A program made the translations under genes and the position numbers. A stretch of 64,000 bases of DNA from an uncultured Nitrososphaerota archaeon (lineage in GTDB: Archaea > Thermoproteota > Nitrososphaeria > Nitrososphaerales > Nitrosopumilaceae): NCBI GenBank assembly GCA_963701075.1, contig OY969559.1, forward strand, positions 192,001 to 256,000, given 5' to 3'. Positions 61,669 through 64,000 of the stretch are shown piece after piece. Position 1 is the stretch's first letter. Each line of letters opens with the position of its first letter. The notes under the pieces are model-generated. The model was not told the origin of the DNA, ran no database searches, and was given only the letters and a program-made list of their open reading frames with translations.

Positions 61669-61752
61669 GTCAGGGTCGCCAAGTAAGGTATGGCGTGTGT
61701 CTGAAAAACACATTTTCCCCCGGATACGTGGGTTCAATTCCCACCCCTGACG
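61669..61752 (+). tRNA. Atypical tRNA: GAA anticodon, long variable arm, G discriminator
   Basis: gtcaggg/ccctgac acceptor; gcc/ggc D-stem; tgtgt-ctGAAaa-acaca; 15-nt variable region; gtggg-ttcaatt-cccac. Confidence 0.8.
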
Positions 61753-61810
61753 GGTTTATCACAATATGGATTTAGAGTCTAATTAATGTTTTAGTCTGCT
61801 GAAAATTTGT

Positions 61811-62458
61811 TCAAGCTATTTCTACAATCCCTTCTGGTTCTATCTTGTATGCAACCTCTTTTTTCATGCCAAATGCAGGCAGTACCTGTGCAGAAAACTT
61901 GTTTCCCTCTTTTGATAGCCTGATCTTTTTGTGAGTAAAGATGCTAATTGACTTGTCAAGGTTCTCCCTGTCTTGCTCGCCTGACCTTCTGACAACGTTG
62001 GTTATAACAACTGGAATCTTGTTTTGGATGCAAAGCAAGCTGAGTGAGTGCATGTATTCCATGAATTTTACGTGTTTTTCAAGCGAGTTTGATTCTTTAG
62101 AGTACTCGAACGAAAAAAGATCTGTAATATTGTCTATTATGACTAGTCCCGGATTTACCTGAGATATGTTTTTGAGATGATTGATTTGCTCGGCGATATT
62201 TGTCACTCGCGCAACAATTATGTTGTCTAAAAGACTTGGCGCAAGTTGTCTGGCATGCATTAGCTGAAGTATTCTTTCAGGTCTAAAGCTGCCGCTTGTG
62301 TCCTGATAAATTATTTTTTTATTCATAGCATTGGTACAAATCTGCATTGCAAGTTGCGTCTTTCCGCTTCCACCAGGTCCAAAGATGTCAGTTATGATGC
62401 CAGCAGCTATTCCCCCACCCAATAGATTATCAAGTCTTGGTAGACCAGTTGAGATCAA
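61811..62458 (-). CDS. RadB-like RecA/RadA paralog
   Basis: ISTG...LD.LLGGG, GPGGSGKTQL, FRPERI; lacks the RadA N-terminal domain. Confidence 0.85.
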   Translation of the reverse strand: MISTGLPRLDNLLGGGIAAGIITDIFGPGGSGKTQLAMQICTNAMNKKIIYQDTSGSFRPERILQLMHARQLAPSLLDNIIVARVTNIAEQINHLKNISQVNPGLVIIDNITDLFSFEYSKESNSLEKHVKFMEYMHSLSLLCIQNKIPVVITNVVRRSGEQDRENLDKSISIFTHKKIRLSKEGNKFSAQVLPAFGMKKEVAYKIEPEGIVEIA

Positions 62459-62557
62459 ATCGATTGTCTAGAAAATACTGGAAATTAAATGGTATAAGTG
62501 ATGATCGGGAAGGCTTTTATTTACGATTTCAAGCACTGGTGACAAGTGAATTATTGA

Positions 62558-62803
62558 TTGTCGCAACCACCGACTCAGAAACGACCTCTAACAACGCTGC
62601 AAAAAGGTGTTAACAAAAAGGTTACGGTCAGACTCAAAAGCGATATAGAGTACAAAGGAAAAATGAACAATGTTGATTCCTACATGAATTTAATCATGAC
62701 AGATGCAGAGGAGGTCAGTGGTGGCAAGGTGGTTGCAAATTATGGTAGAGTTATCGTAAGAGGCAATAATGTACTTTTTATCAAATTAGAAAATGAGCTG
62801 TAA
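62558..62803 (+). CDS. Sm/Lsm RNA-binding protein
   Basis: G....D.YMNL...DAEE; VRGNNV. Confidence 0.93.
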   Translation: MSQPPTQKRPLTTLQKGVNKKVTVRLKSDIEYKGKMNNVDSYMNLIMTDAEEVSGGKVVANYGRVIVRGNNVLFIKLENEL

Positions 62804-63981
62804 TGACCCTGACAATGAAAGAAGCGGGTAGGAACTATCTATTTACTTCAGAATCGGTCACCGAGGGTCATCCAGACAAGGTGTGCGATCAAATTTCAGA
62901 CGCAATTTTGGACGAGTTTCTAAAACAAGACCCTGATTCAAGAGTTGCAGTTGAGACCATGACAACTACAGGAATTGTTGTGGTGGCAGGCGAGGTCACA
63001 TCAAAGGCAAGATTTGACATTCAAGATGTAGTCAGAAAAACAATCAAGGAGATAGGCTATAACGATCCCCAGTATGGTTTTGATGCTGACTCGTGCAGTG
63101 TTCTAGTTTCCATTCATTCCCAAAGTCCTGACATCTCAAATGGAATCTCTGCCAATGAAAACAAGGAGCAGGGAGCAGGAGACCAGGGACTGATGTTTGG
63201 CTATGCAACAAACGAGACTGCAGAATTTATGCCGATGCCAATAATGCTTGCTCACAAGCTTACCCAGCGTCTTGCAGAGGCAAGAAAGAAAAAGGAACTT
63301 CCATGGGCAAGACCTGACGGAAAATCACAGGTTACCATAGAATATGAAGATGGCAAGCCAAAAAGGATCGAGGCCATTGTTGTTTCAACACAGCATTCTC
63401 CTGACATTACAAACGAAGAGATAAAAAAAGAAATTATTGAAAAGGTGATCAAACCAGTCTGCGGCAATCTATGGAATGATAAAATAAAGATCCACGTAAA
63501 TCCAACTGGAAGATTCGTAATTGGCGGACCTCCAGGAGACGCAGGACTTACGGGAAGAAAGATAATTGTGGACACATATGGTGGCATGGGAAGACATGGC
63601 GGAGGGGCATTTTCCGGAAAAGATCCATCAAAGGTAGATAGATCCGCGTGTTATATGTGCAGATACATTGCAAAAAATATTGTAGCGGCAGGACTTGCAG
63701 ACCGCTGCGAAGTCCAAGTTGCATATGCAATAGGGGTAGCACAACCAGTTTCCCTCATGGTCAGCACATTTGGCACAGGCAAGATCCCAGAAGAGCAGAT
63801 TGAGAACCTAGTTAGAAAACATTTTGACATGAGACCTGCTGCAATCATATCTCAACTGAAATTAAAGAACCCAATTTACAGAAAGACTGCAGCATATGGA
63901 CATTTTGGAAGGGACGAGCCAGAATTTACTTGGGAAAAGACAGACAAGGCTGACACACTAAGAAAGGCGGCAGGCCTGTAG
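62803..63981 (+). CDS. metK: S-adenosylmethionine synthetase (bacterial/eukaryotic type)
   Basis: [35 protein letters not shown]. Confidence 0.97.
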   Translation: MTLTMKEAGRNYLFTSESVTEGHPDKVCDQISDAILDEFLKQDPDSRVAVETMTTTGIVVVAGEVTSKARFDIQDVVRKTIKEIGYNDPQYGFDADSCSVLVSIHSQSPDISNGISANENKEQGAGDQGLMFGYATNETAEFMPMPIMLAHKLTQRLAEARKKKELPWARPDGKSQVTIEYEDGKPKRIEAIVVSTQHSPDITNEEIKKEIIEKVIKPVCGNLWNDKIKIHVNPTGRFVIGGPPGDAGLTGRKIIVDTYGGMGRHGGGAFSGKDPSKVDRSACYMCRYIAKNIVAAGLADRCEVQVAYAIGVAQPVSLMVSTFGTGKIPEEQIENLVRKHFDMRPAAIISQLKLKNPIYRKTAAYGHFGRDEPEFTWEKTDKADTLRKAAGL

Positions 63982-64000
63982 CATTTCTCCATATTTTGTA

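Noticed and set aside
106-63848. Numerous 60-175-aa antisense ORFs in the track
   Set aside because: They are shadows of well-supported genes on the opposite strand
62803-63981. Bacterial-type metK in an archaeon as recent transfer
   Set aside because: To my knowledge this type is normal for Thaumarchaeota, and it sits in core context coupled to lsm

Overview
This looks like an archaeal window, most likely Nitrososphaerota (Thaumarchaeota); the call is inferred from archaeal RPA/Lhr/RadB/Lsm, a bacterial-type metK and an archaeal-style tRNA-Gln. It has four zones. (1) 1-35 kb is an AT-rich surface-glycan island with GDP-fucose, UDP-glucuronate and nonulosonic-acid pathway genes, glycosyl-, methyl- and acyl-transferases and a flippase. 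It carries gene remnants, a 51-bp direct-repeat-bounded insert and two inverted IS3-type remnants. (2) 35-38.6 kb holds a highly structured non-coding element, a Cdc6-like remnant and a terminase small/large-subunit-like pair with no other virion genes. (3) 39-54.7 kb is a dense toxin-antitoxin island with 46-bp direct repeats between modules. It also contains an intact TnpB bounded by 22-bp terminal inverted repeats and an 8-bp target duplication, tRNA-Gln(TTG), and a divergent RHH pair with three palindromic operators. (4) 54.7-64 kb is mostly core genes, plus an atypical tRNA with a GAA anticodon on a long-variable-arm body. Single-base breaks in RPA, lhr and two cargo genes may be sequence errors. 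All calls come from reading motifs by eye; no database search was run.
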